Shown: piece by piece, positions 53,547 through 54,595 of the stretch
How positions within the stretch are numbered: position 1 is the stretch's first letter
How the letters are laid out: every line of letters begins with the position of its first letter
Virus record (IMG/VR): IMGVR_UViG_3300045996_000773
Coordinates: 1-54,595 of that record
Source: a virus
Taxonomy: Duplodnaviria > Caudoviricetes
Reading direction: 5' to 3' (one strand)
DNA: 54,595 bases
The notes under the pieces: generated by a model
Seen by the model: the letters and a program-made list of their open reading frames with translations, nothing else
The model's database searches: none
What the model was told of the DNA's origin: nothing
Made by a program: the position numbers and the translations under genes

Positions 53547-54341
53547 CTACTGGCTATGCAGTTCTTTACCGGATCTTCTAATATAAGAGCCTTTCGTAAA
53601 TTCCTCAATCCAAATAAGTTTGTAGTCCTTTCGACCAGGACCGCAGGGCTGCACACGGAAATGTCCGCGGACCGTAAATTGGCCGTTTACAATGATAATT
53701 TTATTCCAATGAGCATTGACCAGGTAAACGTTTTTTAGGCCGGTGTCGTTTAAAAGCTTATCATCACCACCTTTCCCGTATTTGATTTTACTACCCGGGC
53801 TTAGTTTCAATTCCTTTATTTCGCTAAGTTCCATGAATAGTAAAAGCTTTATAAATCTATGGGCCATTGCTTGGTCCTGGGTAGGCAGTGTCTTTATTTC
53901 TTCACGTTCCAGATCCAGGGCGAAGCCTTCATATTGTACCATTTCAGCGAGGCCTTCACCGTGTTTATAGTATTGTAGGACCGTTATACGCAGCCCTTCC
54001 TTATTGAACCTGAAAAATTCCTTTTTACCAGTTATGTACATAGAACGCTGGTCCTTTATTTGCCGGAGCCACTTCATATTAGCTGCCTGGTATTTGATCA
54101 TTGCGGCCTCATCCTGGGCGGCTTTTGTCAGGTAGTACATTTTAAGCCTGTTTGAATTACACAGATCCTCTATCGCCTCCATTCGCCCGAGCATCCATAA
54201 AGCCCGGGAGGTTGAATCGGCGTTTGCCATACCGGGATCCAGGTCCATTTGCCGACCGCTGGAATGTTCCTTAGTAAAAAAGTCTTTAAGGAAACTGTCA
54301 GTCTCCCAAAGAACGCCAAGAAAAGAATTATTCAGTTTCAT
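53547..54341 (-). CDS. Hypothetical protein with C-terminal VRGHFRxQxxG...IWI motif
   Basis: ATG at 54341 preferred because the 54401 start lies in the repeats; the C-terminal motif is recalled from many phage proteins. Confidence 0.75.
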   Translation of the reverse strand: MKLNNSFLGVLWETDSFLKDFFTKEHSSGRQMDLDPGMANADSTSRALWMLGRMEAIEDLCNSNRLKMYYLTKAAQDEAAMIKYQAANMKWLRQIKDQRSMYITGKKEFFRFNKEGLRITVLQYYKHGEGLAEMVQYEGFALDLEREEIKTLPTQDQAMAHRFIKLLLFMELSEIKELKLSPGSKIKYGKGGDDKLLNDTGLKNVYLVNAHWNKIIIVNGQFTVRGHFRVQPCGPGRKDYKLIWIEEFTKGSYIRRSGKELHSQ

Positions 54342-54353
54342 AATTATATTTTT

Positions 54354-54399
54354 TACTTCGATAAACGTGGTGGGCCTACTTCGATAAACGTGGTGGGCC
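54354..54399. repeat. Tandem repeat, 23-bp unit TACTTCGATAAACGTGGTGGGCC x2
   Basis: Read directly. Confidence 0.95.
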
Positions 54400-54498
54400 A
54401 TTACCGATAAGTCCCGTCAGGCATTACCGATAAGTCCCGTCAGGCATTACCGATAAGTCCCGTCAGGCATTACCGATAAGTCCCGTCAGGCATTACCG
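54399..54498. repeat. Tandem repeat, 23-bp unit CATTACCGATAAGTCCCGTCAGG x4 plus a partial
   Basis: Read directly. Confidence 0.97.
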
Positions 54499-54595
54499 CT
54501 GATCCTGGTCCCGCTGATCCTGGTCCCGCTGATCCTGGTCCCGCTGATCCTGGTCCCGCTGATCCTGGTCCCGCTGATCCTGGTCCCGCTGATCC
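54496..54595. repeat. Tandem repeat, 15-bp unit (same as at the window start), about 6.7 copies
   Basis: Read directly; runs off the contig end. Confidence 0.97.

Larger units (their letters stand above)
1..54595. mobile_element. Temperate tailed bacteriophage genome (siphovirus-like, Bacteroidota host), apparently complete and non-integrated
   Basis: Packaging, head, tail, lysis, integration, immunity and replication modules all present. No host housekeeping genes. Both ends lie in the same 15-bp repeat. The attP-like site is internal with phage genes on both sides. Confidence 0.93.

Noticed and set aside
3709-53970. Many short ORFs nested in or antisense to long genes in the six-frame track (e.g. 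3709-4119, 7070-7501, 24795-25268, 38783-39163)
   Set aside because: Shadow frames of well-supported genes, with no recognisable motifs or start context.
54354-54595. Tandem repeats as a CRISPR array
   Set aside because: Units are contiguous with no unique spacers; no cas operon (DUF2800 is a replication-module nuclease).

Overview
The window looks like an essentially complete genome (~54.6 kb) of a temperate, siphovirus-type tailed phage of a Bacteroidota host. Host evidence: TAnnTTTG -7 promoter boxes, AT-rich leaders without obvious Shine-Dalgarno sites, signal peptides with Gln at +1, and a Bacteroidota-type tyrosine integrase beside an intact attP-like copy of a tRNA 3' end. The contig starts and ends in the same 15-bp tandem repeat, so it was probably a circle broken at that repeat. 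Gene order: leftward early operon (M28-like peptidase plus an acidic, Cys-rich protein); terS/terL, portal, scaffold, capsid, neck/tail and tape measure; ~10 kb of six consecutive genes that all carry Sec or lipoprotein signal peptides (a 1812-aa fibre-like protein and a subtilase-FN3 lipoprotein among them); lysis; phosphoesterase and dNMP kinase; attP/integrase; immunity switch; DUF2800-DUF2815-PolA-VirE-VRR-NUC-SNF2 replication module; two more leftward genes. Best candidates for something undescribed: (1) the exported fibre/protease module with its own promoter; (2) a three-tier tandem array flanked by dispersed CGATAA boxes on one side and GTCCC boxes on the other; (3) several candidate structured RNAs (AGGUA-loop hairpins before the capsid gene, anti-AUG 3'-UTR hairpins, a pseudoknot before the SSB gene); (4) a duplicated ~86-bp promoter/operator module. 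All protein calls come from motifs recognised by eye and from synteny; no searches were run, and motif counts are hand counts.
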